Source of the DNA: an uncultured Chloroflexia bacterium
GTDB taxonomy: Bacteria > Chloroflexota > Limnocylindria > Limnocylindrales > CSP1-4
DNA length: 64,000 nucleotides
Assembly: GCA_963768655.1 (NCBI GenBank)
Contig: CAVYIM010000003.1
Span: 288,001 to 352,000, forward strand
Direction: 5' to 3'
The translations under genes and the position numbers were made by a program. Positions 1 to 9,424 of the stretch are shown here, piece by piece. Under the pieces are notes generated by a model. The model was not told the DNA's origin, searched no databases, and saw nothing but the letters and a program-made list of their open reading frames with translations. Positions within the stretch are counted from its first letter, which is position 1. Each line of letters opens with the position of its first letter.

Positions 1-954
1 CAGTGTGGCCGAGTGCGAACGGCGAGCGGTCGTCATCGACCCGGTCGGGGTGAATCTGCCGGTCGCGGGGTCATACAGCTCAGCCGAGGCGAACGCCGTA
101 GGGCCGCCCAGTCCGCCGGCGACCAGGACGTGGCCGTCGGGCAGAAGTGTGGCGGTGTGGTGCTCGCGGGCGGTCGTCATGGACCCGGTCGGGGTGAATT
201 TGCCGGTCGCGGGGTCATACAGCTCAGCCGAGGCGAGGGTTGCCGAGCCGTCGTAGCCTCCGGCGATCAGGACGCGGCCGTCGGAGAGAAGCGTCGCGGT
301 GTGGCTGCCGCGCGCGGTGACCATTGAGCCGGTCGGGCTGAACCTGCCGGTCGCAGGGTCGTACAACTCGGCCACGGCGACCGGTATGTCACCGGAGGGG
401 TCGAGGCCTCCAACGATGAGGACCCGGCCGTCGGAGAGGCGGGTCGCTGTGTGGTCGGCGCGACCGTGCGCCATCGAGCCGGTCGGGCTGAACTCGCCGG
501 TCGCCGGGTCGTACAGCTCAGCCGAGGCGAGGCTCGTGTCCGAGTTGCCGTAGCCTCCCGCGACAAGGACGAGTCCATCTTGCAGTAGAGTCGCCGTGTG
601 GTCGCCGCGAGCGTCCGCCATCGAGCCGGTCGGGCTGAACTCGGCAGGCGCCGGCGAGGGCTTCGCGGCGGTCACGGTGGCGTGGGCAACGGCGGTGAGG
701 GTTGGGCTCGACGCTGGAGAGGTCCCGACGCACCCGGCGAAAACAACCGCGGCGAGCAGGCCAGCGAGCCCAACCCGCATCGCGGCAGGGCGCAGGCCGG
801 GGATTATTCTCGCTTGGGCAGGCGCTGCAGCAGGTGCCGGCACGGGGGTCGGGGCGACCAGGGCGGCGAGATTGCCGACACAGTCGGGGCAGTGATTTCT
901 CGCGGACGTGAGCGGATTGTCACAGGAGGTACGAGACTCGCTCGAGTTGTCCAT
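1..954 (-). CDS. Kelch-repeat (galactose-oxidase-like beta-propeller) lipoprotein, 3' end runs off the window
   Basis: Manual translation from ATG at 954: MDNSSES...GLLAAVVFAGC (lipobox-like), then repeats FSPTGSMADARGDHTATLLQDGLVLVAGG...SAELYDPATG. Not in the ORF track because no stop lies in the window. Confidence 0.88.
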   Translation of the reverse strand, partial: MDNSSESRTSCDNPLTSARNHCPDCVGNLAALVAPTPVPAPAAAPAQARIIPGLRPAAMRVGLAGLLAAVVFAGCVGTSPASSPTLTAVAHATVTAAKPSPAPAEFSPTGSMADARGDHTATLLQDGLVLVAGGYGNSDTSLASAELYDPATGEFSPTGSMAHGRADHTATRLSDGRVLIVGGLDPSGDIPVAVAELYDPATGRFSPTGSMVTARGSHTATLLSDGRVLIAGGYDGSATLASAELYDPATGKFTPTGSMTTAREHHTATLLPDGHVLVAGGLGGPTAFASAELYDPATGRFTPTGSMTTARRSHSATL

Positions 955-1109
955 GACTCTCCCTGGTCTCTACCGACGATGCGGAGCGCCCTTTCTCGGG
1001 CGCCAATGTACCCGTGCAGCGTCCCTCACCGTCTCGGCCTCCGGTGGCAATCGTACATCCGCAGAATCGGCCCAATCTGCGACTACGGCGTCATCGTGCG
1101 GTCCTGAGC

Positions 1110-1379
1110 TTGGATCGATGGATCCTGGTCGGCACCATGATCACGGCCAACTCGTCCAGCGAGAGCCAGGAGTGGCTGATCGACGGCACCACCGGGAATG
1201 CGGTCTACATCGAGGAAGGGCTGATGGTTCGGGGCGCCATGTCGCCGGATACGGGCACCATCGTCGGTTGTCGCTGGGACGGCAAGGCGGACGGGGCGAA
1301 CCTGGACATGTTCGATCTTGCCTCGGGCCAGAAGTCGGCGATCGGCGCGGGCTACGACGCGGTCTGGCTGGTCTCCTGA
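1110..1379 (+). pseudogene. C-terminal fragment of a beta-propeller-like protein
   Basis: Protein-like segment WILVGTMITANSSSESQEWLIDGTTGNAVYIEEG...FDLASGQKSAIGAGYDAVWLVS with GC3-biased codons but no convincing start. Confidence 0.4.
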
Positions 1380-1414
1380 GCGCCGGCTAGTCCGGGTACG
1401 AGGCCGGCGTGAGT

Positions 1415-1600
1415 GGCAATCGCCTGGGCTGAGGCGGCGGTGGGCCTCGCGGGCTGCTCGTCGGCAGCCTTCGCTCGACAGCGGGTGGCTATCGTCCGGC
1501 TGCGCCGGCCGGCGAAGCGCATCAGGTCACCCTCGTTGCCGTCCGCGGCGAGCCATCGGACCGCGTACGCATGGCGCAACCGATGCGGGTGCACGTCGAG
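1415..1600 (-). pseudogene. Tyrosine recombinase/integrase C-terminal remnant
   Basis: VHPHRLRHAYAVRWLAADGNEGDLMRFAGRRSRT matches the HxxRH box. The catalytic Tyr position reads Cys, a frameshift restores the tail AREAHRRLSPGD, and the N-terminal part is missing. Confidence 0.82.
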
Positions 1601-1698
1601 TGACACCAGCCACTGCCGGGTCGGTGAGGCCAGCGATGGGCGGCACACTGTCAAGGGAGCGGCCGCCCCCGAACCCGATACGCCCGACCAGGCCAGGT

Positions 1699-2052
1699 AT
1701 GCGGGCGCTGGCAGTCAATGGGCTCGAATTGAAGACGGAGAAGACTGTCTTCTACTCAGTCTCGACTGACTATCAGGCGGTCTGCCCGCGCGGCCATGCC
1801 CAGACACCGCCCGAGGACTGGATGGACGCGGTCGACGAGTGGTACTCATCGACCGGGCCCGCGCTAGTCGACTGTCCGACGTGCCAGAGCCCCTATGTCC
1901 TCACGGACTGGTCGTTCGAGCCTGGTTTCGCCTTCGGTTACCTCGGGTTCCAGTTCTGGAACTGGCCGCCATTCCTCAGCCGCCGTTTGATCGACGAGGT
2001 CGGGCGGCTGCTGGCGCCCCATCGGATTGCCTTCGTGTATTCCAGGCTCTAA
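1699..2052 (+). CDS. Hypothetical Cys-containing protein (CPxG...CPTC, FWNWPP), possibly 5'-truncated
   Basis: Coding-like ORF MRALAVNGLELKTEKTVF...GFAFGYLGFQFWNWPPFLSRRLIDEV...YSRL. Confidence 0.65.
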   Translation: MRALAVNGLELKTEKTVFYSVSTDYQAVCPRGHAQTPPEDWMDAVDEWYSSTGPALVDCPTCQSPYVLTDWSFEPGFAFGYLGFQFWNWPPFLSRRLIDEVGRLLAPHRIAFVYSRL

Positions 2053-2267
2053 GAAAGCGGTCCCTGGCCATTGGATCTCGCCCGTCACGCGCCGGGCCCG
2101 ACCGCCTCGGCGTAGTACGCGAGTCCTCGCGAATCCGTTGGTGGGTGCACCCTCAAGCCCATGGTGTCTCCTGATCTCGGCGCGACGCGATCTACGCGAC
2201 TTGGCCCCACACGAACCGCGGCATCTGCCCTGTTGTGTGCGCGGCCGCCGTGGTCCAGGATTGGTCG

Positions 2268-2540
2268 ATGAGGTACCTCCGGTGGGACGAGGAGGAGACG
2301 CCCGGGCTGCCGTTCGGGCTGGTCGAGCTGTGGACGGAGATCGACGACAAGGGCACGGTCCGCCGGGAGCTTGGCTTCGACGCCGGAGGGCATATCTGCC
2401 ATCGGTGCCCCTCCAAGTTCTACCGTTACGGAGCCTACGGGCTCTTCGACCTGGCTCCAGTCGAGATCGCTGGCACGGCGGACGAAGTCGAGCCGACTGA
2501 GTTCGAGCGCCGCTGGCGGGAGAACGAGCTAGCGGACTAA
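2268..2540 (+). CDS. Small acidic hypothetical protein (immunity-protein-like)
   Basis: 90-aa ORF MRYLRWDEEE...WTEIDDKGTVRRELGFD...EFERRW with an AGGA SD-like motif upstream. Confidence 0.65.
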   Translation: MRYLRWDEEETPGLPFGLVELWTEIDDKGTVRRELGFDAGGHICHRCPSKFYRYGAYGLFDLAPVEIAGTADEVEPTEFERRWRENELAD

Positions 2541-2667
2541 GAGCCTGTGTATGAACTCGCCGGACCTCTCGGCTCACCTTTGACCTAGCTCTGGCCGGAC
2601 GCGATATCCTGCGATACAGCCATCTTTGCCGGCAGAACCTAGGCGTCACTTGCAGCGTCGAGGAGCC

Positions 2668-2921
2668 ATGAGACGGATCCTGACAGTCGCAGTCGCGATC
2701 TTTCTGTTGGCCGCGTGGACACTCCTCCTCCCGGTGGTTGCGCCGCGGAGCAACAAGCTGCCCTCGCGGCTGTCTCGGGACTTGGCTACACCGTGGCGAG
2801 GATCGAGATCATTCAGGCGGGCTGGTCGTGCTGGCCGTTCAACCAACCCTCGCCGTTCAACAACCGGGCTCTTGCCCCTCCATCCTGGGCGAACCAGTTG
2901 CTTACGTTCTCGACCTTGTAG
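2668..2921 (+). pseudogene. Frameshifted lipoprotein fragment
   Basis: AGGAG SD plus signal peptide MRRILTVAVAIFLLAA. Restoring one C at ~2718 gives the lipobox LLAAC followed by DTPPPGGCAAEQQAALAAV... Confidence 0.4.
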
Positions 2922-3002
2922 AGCGGCGCAATCGGAGTGCAGCCGCTCGCACCATTGGGCGGCTTCTTGATGTCGAGCTTGAGGTCGTGGTGTGCGGCGA
3001 GG

Positions 3003-4491
3003 GAGGTTGTCCCGAGTTCCGTGGAATTTGAGTTGAGGGGAGGGTCCTCCAGCCCGGAGCGTGAGCTGTCACGCTACGGGAGACCCGGAAAGTCGAACTG
3101 GAGGAACCCATGCCATCGTCCCACGTCCGGCCCCGCCCTGAGAAGCGATGCCGCCGACCTCGCCGTCTCGTTCACCAGCTTCCTGCTGAGCTGACAGGGC
3201 GGCTCGAGGGCCATCTCGCCACGTTCGCGAGCCATCTGCGCGAGGGCCTGCTGGCCGCTTCGACCGCGGTCGGCCTCGAGGTCCTCGACGAGCTGATGGC
3301 GGCTGAGGTTGACGGCCTGGCCGGCCCACGCGGCCGCCACCGAGCGGATCGAGTTGCCTATCGCCATGGCAGTGAAGCCGGAACCGTGACCCTGGGCGGC
3401 CGCCGACTCCGCGTCGAGCGGCCACGTGTGCGAAGTGCCGATGGAGCAGCCGAGCTGCCGCTCGCGACCTACGAGGCCGCGAGAGCCAGCGATCTGCTCG
3501 CCGACGGGATCGTCGCCCGGATGCTCGCGGGGCTCTCGACTCGCGACTATCCGGTTGGCCTCGAGCCTGTTGGCGAGGCCATCGAGGAGGCCGCCGTCTC
3601 GACCAGCCACGCCGCCGTCAGCCGCCGCTTCCTCGCCGCCACGGCAGAGCGCCTGGCTGAGCTGCTCGGGCGCAGACTCGACGACCGCCGCTACCTCGTG
3701 CTCATGCTCGATGGCTTTCGCCTGGGCGATCACCTGCTCGTAGGCGCGCTCGGGATCGACGCCGCCGGCCACAAGGTGCCCCTCGGCGTGGTCGAGGGCA
3801 CGACCGAGAACAGCGCGGTGGTCAACGCGCTCCTGGCGGACTTGCGCGATCGCGGTCTGGACACAAGCGCAGGCGTCCTCTTCGTCGTCGACGGCGGCTC
3901 CGCCATCGGTTCGGCCATCCGCACCTTCTTGGGCAAAGGCGTGGCGATCCATCGCTGCCATCGCCACAAAGAGCGCAACGTTCTAGAGCACCTGCCCGAG
4001 ATCGAACGACCGCTCGCCCAGCGCCGGCTTCGGGCCGCCTGGGCCGAGCGAGATCCGGACAGGGCGAAGGCGGCCCTCCACTCCCTGGCCCGCAGTCTGG
4101 CCCACAGCCGTCCGGGAGCCGCCGCGTCGCTGCGCGAGGGGCTCGACGACACGCTCACCCTGACGCGTCTGGGCATCAGCGGCTCGCTCTGGAGGACGCT
4201 CGAGTCGACCAACCCGATGGAATCGATGATCGAGATCGTCAAGACGCACGCCCGCCGGGTGAAGAACTGGGAGTCGGGCGAGATGGCGCTGCGCTGGGCC
4301 GCCGCTGGGATGCTCGCCGCAGAGGCTCAGTTCCGCCGAGTCTGCGGCTATCGGGAGCTGCCCATTCTTGCCGCTGCGCTAAAGCGCGAGCTCCACATCG
4401 AAAGCGAGGCGAGCGCTACCAACCAACCGATATGATCAGCAACCTGGAGACCCGACCCTCACTGAAATTCCACGACGAGCGGGACATCCTC
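3003..4491 (+). mobile_element. IS256-family insertion sequence, intact, with 8-bp TSD CGGCGAGG
   Basis: Left end GAGGTTGTCCCGAGTTCCGTGGAATTTGAG; reverse complement of right end GAGGATGTCCCGCTCGTCGTGGAATTTCAG. CGGCGAGG occurs at 2995-3002 and 4492-4499. Confidence 0.93.
3110..4435 (+). CDS. IS256 (Mutator-type) DDE transposase
   Basis: Motifs LMLDG, FVVDG, IHRCHRHKERN, LESTNPMES and RRVCGY; 441 aa, uninterrupted. Confidence 0.95.
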   Translation: MPSSHVRPRPEKRCRRPRRLVHQLPAELTGRLEGHLATFASHLREGLLAASTAVGLEVLDELMAAEVDGLAGPRGRHRADRVAYRHGSEAGTVTLGGRRLRVERPRVRSADGAAELPLATYEAARASDLLADGIVARMLAGLSTRDYPVGLEPVGEAIEEAAVSTSHAAVSRRFLAATAERLAELLGRRLDDRRYLVLMLDGFRLGDHLLVGALGIDAAGHKVPLGVVEGTTENSAVVNALLADLRDRGLDTSAGVLFVVDGGSAIGSAIRTFLGKGVAIHRCHRHKERNVLEHLPEIERPLAQRRLRAAWAERDPDRAKAALHSLARSLAHSRPGAAASLREGLDDTLTLTRLGISGSLWRTLESTNPMESMIEIVKTHARRVKNWESGEMALRWAAAGMLAAEAQFRRVCGYRELPILAAALKRELHIESEASATNQPI

Positions 4492-4822
4492 CGGCGAGGT
4501 GGTTCAGACCCTGATAGCCGCGGTCGGCGACAATCGCCGCGCCCGATGGCGTTCCTGATCTCGGCGAGACAAAGGTCGGACGGGACGGTGAACCCGCCGG
4601 GGTCGCATGGTCGAGCCGGGATTCAGACCGGGTCTGGCCGGTGAGCTAGCCGGGATCGCGCTTGGAGGATCGGCTACGCACTCCCTTCAGGCCGGTCATC
4701 ACCTAGGCGGAAGCGGCGCTGGTACGCCCGGGACCCCGGGTGCATAGTGCCACATGCCGGGAGAGCGCCCCGCGTGGCGGGCGATCTCGGTGGAACAGCA
4801 TCGCCCAGAAAGGGGGGTCTCC

Positions 4823-5632
4823 ATGAACGTCCTACACCTGAACCTCGGGGGGCGGTTCGACGCCTTCTTGGGTCGGATCTTCGGTACCACCAGGGTGGAG
4901 AAGGCTGAACGAGCCTGGAAGAACTCGCTCTGGCTGGTCATCGTGTTGGGAGCGGTTCCGCTGGTCTGGTACGCGCAATCGCAGCCAGCTCCCTGGACGG
5001 TCCTCGCGGGCGGATTCTTCGTCGCCGGAGCGTCGGCCGTGGTCGGTGCTTTGGGCGGAATGATCTTCGGGTTGCCCCGCCCGGGAACGCCCACTCCTGG
5101 CGCCAAGCCCTCAAGTGACGCCGCCACTGCGCCGAAGGCGGCCAATCAGCCGGGGATCACTCCCAACACGAACATGATCGAGATCTCTGATTGGCTGACC
5201 AAGATCATCGTCGGCCTGGGCCTGACTCAACTCGCAGCGCTCCCCGGCGATTTCCAGAGGCTGGTGGATTGGGCTCGTGGCGCGCTCGGCAACGCGTCCG
5301 GGTCGGACACGATTGTCGGGCTGCTCATCCTGATCTACGCCGTGACAGGCTTCATACTGACGTACCTGTTCACTCGGACGGATCTTGAGGCGGCAATCGC
5401 CGCAGCCGACGCTTCCCCAGGCGCACAGCTCGACCTACTCTCCCAGTTGTCGGAGCTTCACCGGAAGCAGGCCCTCACGGACGATGAGTTCCGCCAGCTG
5501 AAGACCAAGAATTCTCGCGAACGTCAGTGCGTAGATCTGATCGCGTCTGACCCAGCTCGGACGGCTTCGAATACGGGCCGAGATGAGTCGAAGTGCGCGT
5601 CTTGCGTCTCCGCACCACACCGCGCATGCTGA
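4823..5632 (+). CDS. Multi-TM membrane protein with NTNxxEISDWLTKIIVG motif and a C-terminal SHOCT-like helix pair
   Basis: About four hydrophobic segments, then LDLLSQLSELHRKQALTDDEFRQLKTK (SHOCT-like). AGGGGG SD before ATG 4823. Confidence 0.75.
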   Translation: MNVLHLNLGGRFDAFLGRIFGTTRVEKAERAWKNSLWLVIVLGAVPLVWYAQSQPAPWTVLAGGFFVAGASAVVGALGGMIFGLPRPGTPTPGAKPSSDAATAPKAANQPGITPNTNMIEISDWLTKIIVGLGLTQLAALPGDFQRLVDWARGALGNASGSDTIVGLLILIYAVTGFILTYLFTRTDLEAAIAAADASPGAQLDLLSQLSELHRKQALTDDEFRQLKTKNSRERQCVDLIASDPARTASNTGRDESKCASCVSAPHRAC

Positions 5633-5939
5633 CTCTGAACGGGCTCGCGCTCAGTTGTAGTGGCGAGCCCTCGTGAATCCGTATTCCAGCCCCTCGTCCT
5701 CCGGTCGTCGCCTTTGCTTCGGGCCCACTCGCCGTCTCCTCCTGCCCGAGCGGCAGAAGCGGAGTCCGACCTGCAAACCGAACACGCCGGACCGTTGGTG
5801 CGAGGATGACGGCCAATTCCACCACACTGCGGCTTGATCGTGGCGACTGACGGCTAGAATGCTCGTGCTCCCGAGGCCCTGGAGCGTTCGGCGATCCGAG
5901 CGCGACCACGACATCGAGCGATCGACAAGAGGTGCCAGC

Positions 5940-6332
5940 GTGCAGGCAATACCCGACGAACTCGCTTACCTGCTGTCCACGAATGTGCCCGCTCACGTGA
6001 CCCTAACCGAGGCGGATGGTTCCCTCGTCACGCACGTCATGTGGGTGGACTACGACGGCGAGCACATCCTGACGAGCTCGCCGACCGAGTCGTACAAGAG
6101 CCAGGCGCTGCGGCGGCGCCCGAACGTCGCCATCTCCGTGGTTGACCCGGCGGACTCCTGGCGCCGTCTTTCGATCAGCGGACGGGTCACCGAATTCCGC
6201 CCGGACGAGGGGCTCGAGTTCATCAACGAGCTCTCACGGCGGTACGTCGGAACGCCGTACCCGCGAACAGCGCCGCGCGAGATCTTCGTGATCACGCCCG
6301 ACAAGGTGCGTCCGTTTATGGGACGACGCTGA
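5940..6332 (+). CDS. PPOX-class (pyridoxamine 5'-phosphate oxidase-like, probable F420-dependent) protein
   Basis: DGSLVTHVMWVDYDG...K...LRRRPNVAISVVDP...INELSRRY...Y; GTG start after GAGG. Confidence 0.85.
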   Translation: MQAIPDELAYLLSTNVPAHVTLTEADGSLVTHVMWVDYDGEHILTSSPTESYKSQALRRRPNVAISVVDPADSWRRLSISGRVTEFRPDEGLEFINELSRRYVGTPYPRTAPREIFVITPDKVRPFMGRR

Positions 6333-6385
6333 CCAGCCGCGCCTTTCGGAATACGCTGACGGCACCACGCCGGGAGATTCAATAG

Positions 6386-7315
6386 ATGCGCTACGTAGAG
6401 GTCGGCGGTCTGCGACTCTCTGTCATCGGGCTCGGGACCTGGCAGTTCGGGTCGCGCGAGTGGGCGTATGGGCCAACCTACGCCAGAGACACCGCTCCCG
6501 CCATCGTGCGACGGGCGATCGAGCTCGGGGTCACGCTCATCGATACCGCTGAGGCCTACGGCTTCGGGCGCTCGGAACGCATCGTGGGCGAGGCAATCAG
6601 CGGCCGGCGGGATGGGCTCGTCATCGCCACGAAACTCGTGCCGGCACTTCCACTCGCGTCGGTCGTCGACTGGCAGGTGAGGGGAAGTCTGCGACGCCTC
6701 GGCCTGGAGTCGATTGACCTGTACCAGGCCCACTTCCCGAACCCGTTCGTCTCGCCCCGATCGACCATGGCCCCGATGCGGACCTTGCTGGACCAAGGGC
6801 TCGTGCACTACGTGGGCGTCAGCAACTACTCGTTGGGGCGCTGGCGCGCCGCCGAGCGCGGCCTGGGCCATCCCGTCCTGACCAACCAGGTCCGCTTCAG
6901 CCTGGCCACGCCGCTGCCGCATTGGGAACTCGTACCGTATGCCCGTGAGACCGGGCGCGTTGTCATTGCCTACAGCCCCCTTGGGCAAGGTCTCTTGGGC
7001 GGTGGCCACAGCTCGGTCGGCCCCGCGCCGACCGATGTGCGCCGACGCAGTCGGCTGTTTCGGCCGCGGTCGCTGGTCCTGGCTGAGTCGCTTCTGGTCG
7101 CGCTTCAGGAAACCGCCGCTGCCCATGGCGCTACACGCGCTCAGGTGGCCCTGGCCTGGCTGATCGGGCACGGCAACGTCGTCGCCATCCCAGGCGCACG
7201 CACGGTGGCCCAGCTCGAGGAGAACGTCGCAGCAGCCGAGCTCGAACTCAGCGACGCGGAGATGGAGCGGCTCACCGCCGAGGCCGCGAGCTTCGAGCTG
7301 GCCCTGCGGCACTAG
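6386..7315 (+). CDS. Aldo/keto reductase
   Basis: IGLGTWQFG, IDTAEAYG, ATK, IDLYQAH, GVSNY, AYSPLGQG, IPGA...QLEEN. Confidence 0.95.
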   Translation: MRYVEVGGLRLSVIGLGTWQFGSREWAYGPTYARDTAPAIVRRAIELGVTLIDTAEAYGFGRSERIVGEAISGRRDGLVIATKLVPALPLASVVDWQVRGSLRRLGLESIDLYQAHFPNPFVSPRSTMAPMRTLLDQGLVHYVGVSNYSLGRWRAAERGLGHPVLTNQVRFSLATPLPHWELVPYARETGRVVIAYSPLGQGLLGGGHSSVGPAPTDVRRRSRLFRPRSLVLAESLLVALQETAAAHGATRAQVALAWLIGHGNVVAIPGARTVAQLEENVAAAELELSDAEMERLTAEAASFELALRH

Positions 7316-7326
7316 CGTCTCAGCAA

Positions 7327-7356
7327 ACCGACGGGCTGCGATGGCAGCCCGTCGGT
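7327..7356. terminator. Hairpin between convergent genes (probable terminator)
   Basis: Perfect 13-bp stem ACCGACGGGCTGC-GATG-GCAGCCCGTCGGT. Confidence 0.7.
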
Positions 7357-7399
7357 CATGTCAGCTCGCGGCGGTTGGCTCCGCCGATCTCGGAGAGAC

Positions 7400-8911
7400 C
7401 TAGCGGCGGATGGTCCGTCGCTGGGTTTCGACTGCCATCAGGCCCAGCCCTCCGAAGACGAAGCAGATCAGGAGAGCCAGCGTCGGAGTCGAGTTGTTGC
7501 CAGGGTCGCCGCCGCCCGTGCTCGTGGGCGGCGGCGTCGTCGAATGTCCGGGTGTGGCTGTCTCACCCTGGAATGAGTCGAACGGTGTCGGAGTCACGAT
7601 CGGGGTGGCCGTGGCGCCCTGGAAGGACTCGAACGGGGTCCCCGTCGGGCCGTCGGTCGGCGGAGTCGTCGGCGGAGTCGTCGGCGGCGTCGTCGGCGGC
7701 GTCGTGGGCGGAGTCGTGGGCGGAGTCGTGGGCGTCGTCGTCGGCGGAGTCGTCGGCGGAGTCGTCGGCGGAGTCGTCGGCGGCGTCGTCGGCGGCGTCG
7801 TGGGCGGAGTCGTGGGCGGAGTCGTGGGCGTCGTCGTCGGCGGCGTCGTGGGCGTCGTCGTCGGCGGAGTCGTCGGCGGAGTCGTCGGCGGCGTCGTGGG
7901 CGGCGTCGTGGGCGGAGTCGTGGGCGGAGTCGTCGGCGGCGTCGTGGGCGGAGTCGTGGGCGGCGGGGTGTCCTGGCTGACGACCACGTTGTAGGCGATG
8001 CAGTAGATGTGCTGATCGGCTGTGCCCAGGTCGCGGATGTTCTCGAGGTTGTCGCCATTGTTGATGTCCGTGTAGCACCGCAGCGCGCCGAACTGTGCCA
8101 CGCTGGGCTGCTCGATCTCGACGACCCAGAGTCCGGTCGGAGATCCGCCGGTCTGGGCCAGGGAGACCTCAGACGCATCGAGCACGATGCTGACGGAGCC
8201 GGTACCCGCGCCGTCTGCGCCGGTGGTCAGAGGCGACCCGACCGGGGTTGAGAGGACGCCTTCGTTGAAGGCACCGTACAGCTGGAACTGCCAGCCGTCA
8301 GCGCGAGTGCAGGTCGTCGGGATGTCTGTCGCTGGATTCACCAGGGCGGTCTGATAGCTGGTGTCCAGCTCGCTGCCGTGGCCGCCGGTCTGATCGTAGG
8401 TTGTCGGGTTCTGGTTCGCGGGCACGACCGAGTAGCTCGGGCACAGCACTTTGATGAGGGTCAACGTGACCGTCTGCTGTGGCGGCGCCGTTGGGGCCGC
8501 GGTCGGCGGCGCAGTCGTCTGGTCCGTCGGAGGAGCGGTCGGTGGGAGGGACGGCGCCGAGCAATCCCCGCCACTCCATGTCGCCGAGCTCTGGCTGCTG
8601 TGGTCTGATGTCCAGCGGACGTAGAGCGTCGTCACCGAGGCCGGCGTCGTGAGCGGGTTGGCTCCAGCGGACATAGTGACGGAGGTGGCTCCTGAGAAGC
8701 CGGCGTTGTCCGCCCACTCGATGTCGTTGGTCCCGAAGTCGGACGACGGGCCCGTGAGGGTTATCGTCCAGTTGTGGACGGTCTGATCGCTCGAGCAGAC
8801 CGAGGCGATGCTCGGTACCGACCAGGCGAGCACCAGGCCCATGGTCGCGGGTATCAGAAGGGCGAACAACCCGAGGGCTGCCACCAGCGAGAGAACACGA
8901 TGCGGCTTCAC
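7400..8911 (-). CDS. Exported protein with long (PPTT)n stalk and a C-terminal membrane anchor
   Basis: GGAGGA SD plus GTG start, signal peptide, Cys-containing globular region, PPTT repeats, then PPPTST, a hydrophobic helix and the basic tail RRTIRR. Confidence 0.88.
   Translation of the reverse strand: MKPHRVLSLVAALGLFALLIPATMGLVLAWSVPSIASVCSSDQTVHNWTITLTGPSSDFGTNDIEWADNAGFSGATSVTMSAGANPLTTPASVTTLYVRWTSDHSSQSSATWSGGDCSAPSLPPTAPPTDQTTAPPTAAPTAPPQQTVTLTLIKVLCPSYSVVPANQNPTTYDQTGGHGSELDTSYQTALVNPATDIPTTCTRADGWQFQLYGAFNEGVLSTPVGSPLTTGADGAGTGSVSIVLDASEVSLAQTGGSPTGLWVVEIEQPSVAQFGALRCYTDINNGDNLENIRDLGTADQHIYCIAYNVVVSQDTPPPTTPPTTPPTTPPTTPPTTPPTTPPTTPPTTPPTTTPTTPPTTTPTTPPTTPPTTPPTTPPTTPPTTPPTTPPTTTPTTPPTTPPTTPPTTPPTTPPTTPPTDGPTGTPFESFQGATATPIVTPTPFDSFQGETATPGHSTTPPPTSTGGGDPGNNSTPTLALLICFVFGGLGLMAVETQRRTIRR
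7655..7965 (-). repeat. 12-bp coding tandem repeat encoding PPTT/TPTT (~25 units)
   Basis: GGCGGAGTCGTC / GGCGGCGTCGTG units. Confidence 0.95.
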
Positions 8912-9424
8912 ATATCCTCCGGGCGTTGCCAATTGCGATTGCCTTCCTGGCCTGCGGAGACCGGTCCCTCACCGCAACCGGCCCGTTCTCAGCGGTTGGA
9001 CCCTACACGATCAGTGAGTAAAGCAGTGTGAGTTTCGGGAGACGGTTTCCGCGTACTGGCGGGTGCAACGGGGCAAGCCGTAGCGCCGGGGGCGACTCGC
9101 ACGGTGAGATGCGCGAGTCCGAGATGACACGCGCCGTGGCGCGACGCGCGGCTCCGACGCGCCCGGTGTAACGAGCCCTGGGCGCGAGGCGCGGTCAACG
9201 ACGAGCGCGCAGCCGGTCAGGAGCCGATCGGGGCAACTCCCTCGCAGCGCATGGCCGAGTCCGTGGCACGCCGCCCCGGCCTGCCCGTGCTGCTCGGCTC
9301 GAGTGCGCCGGTCGACCGGACGGCTTCGCTTCCGTGCATGCCCACCGAAGTACCCCTGTCGGCAGGCAGCGTGACGCCCGACAATGAGTGGACTATCCAG
9401 GCTCTGGCAGCCAGAGGTGGCGAA

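Larger units (their letters stand above)
2905..4545 (-). pseudogene. IS5-family transposase remnant, split by the IS256 element
   Basis: Removing 3003-4491 and one TSD copy joins the minus-strand frame AIVADRGYQGLNHLAAHHDLKLDIKKPPNGASGCTPIAPLYKVE, which resembles the IS5-type ADxGYxG...KGF..RW.VER region. Confidence 0.6.

Noticed and set aside
4541-4570. 14-nt match (TCCTGATCTCGGCG) to 2169-2182
   Set aside because: Short enough to arise by chance in 64 kb of GC-rich DNA, so it is not counted as a repeat copy.
1110-5700. Possible integron
   Set aside because: The recombinase remnant is a generic C-terminal fragment with no IntI-specific evidence, and no canonical attC sites were found.
7655-7965. 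Regular short repeats that might be a CRISPR array
   Set aside because: They are contiguous 12-bp in-frame units encoding PPTT, with no unique spacers and no cas genes.
8930-9240. Hairpin-rich leader upstream of the PPTT protein (possible riboswitch)
   Set aside because: No recognisable riboswitch consensus; GC-rich hairpins are expected by chance.
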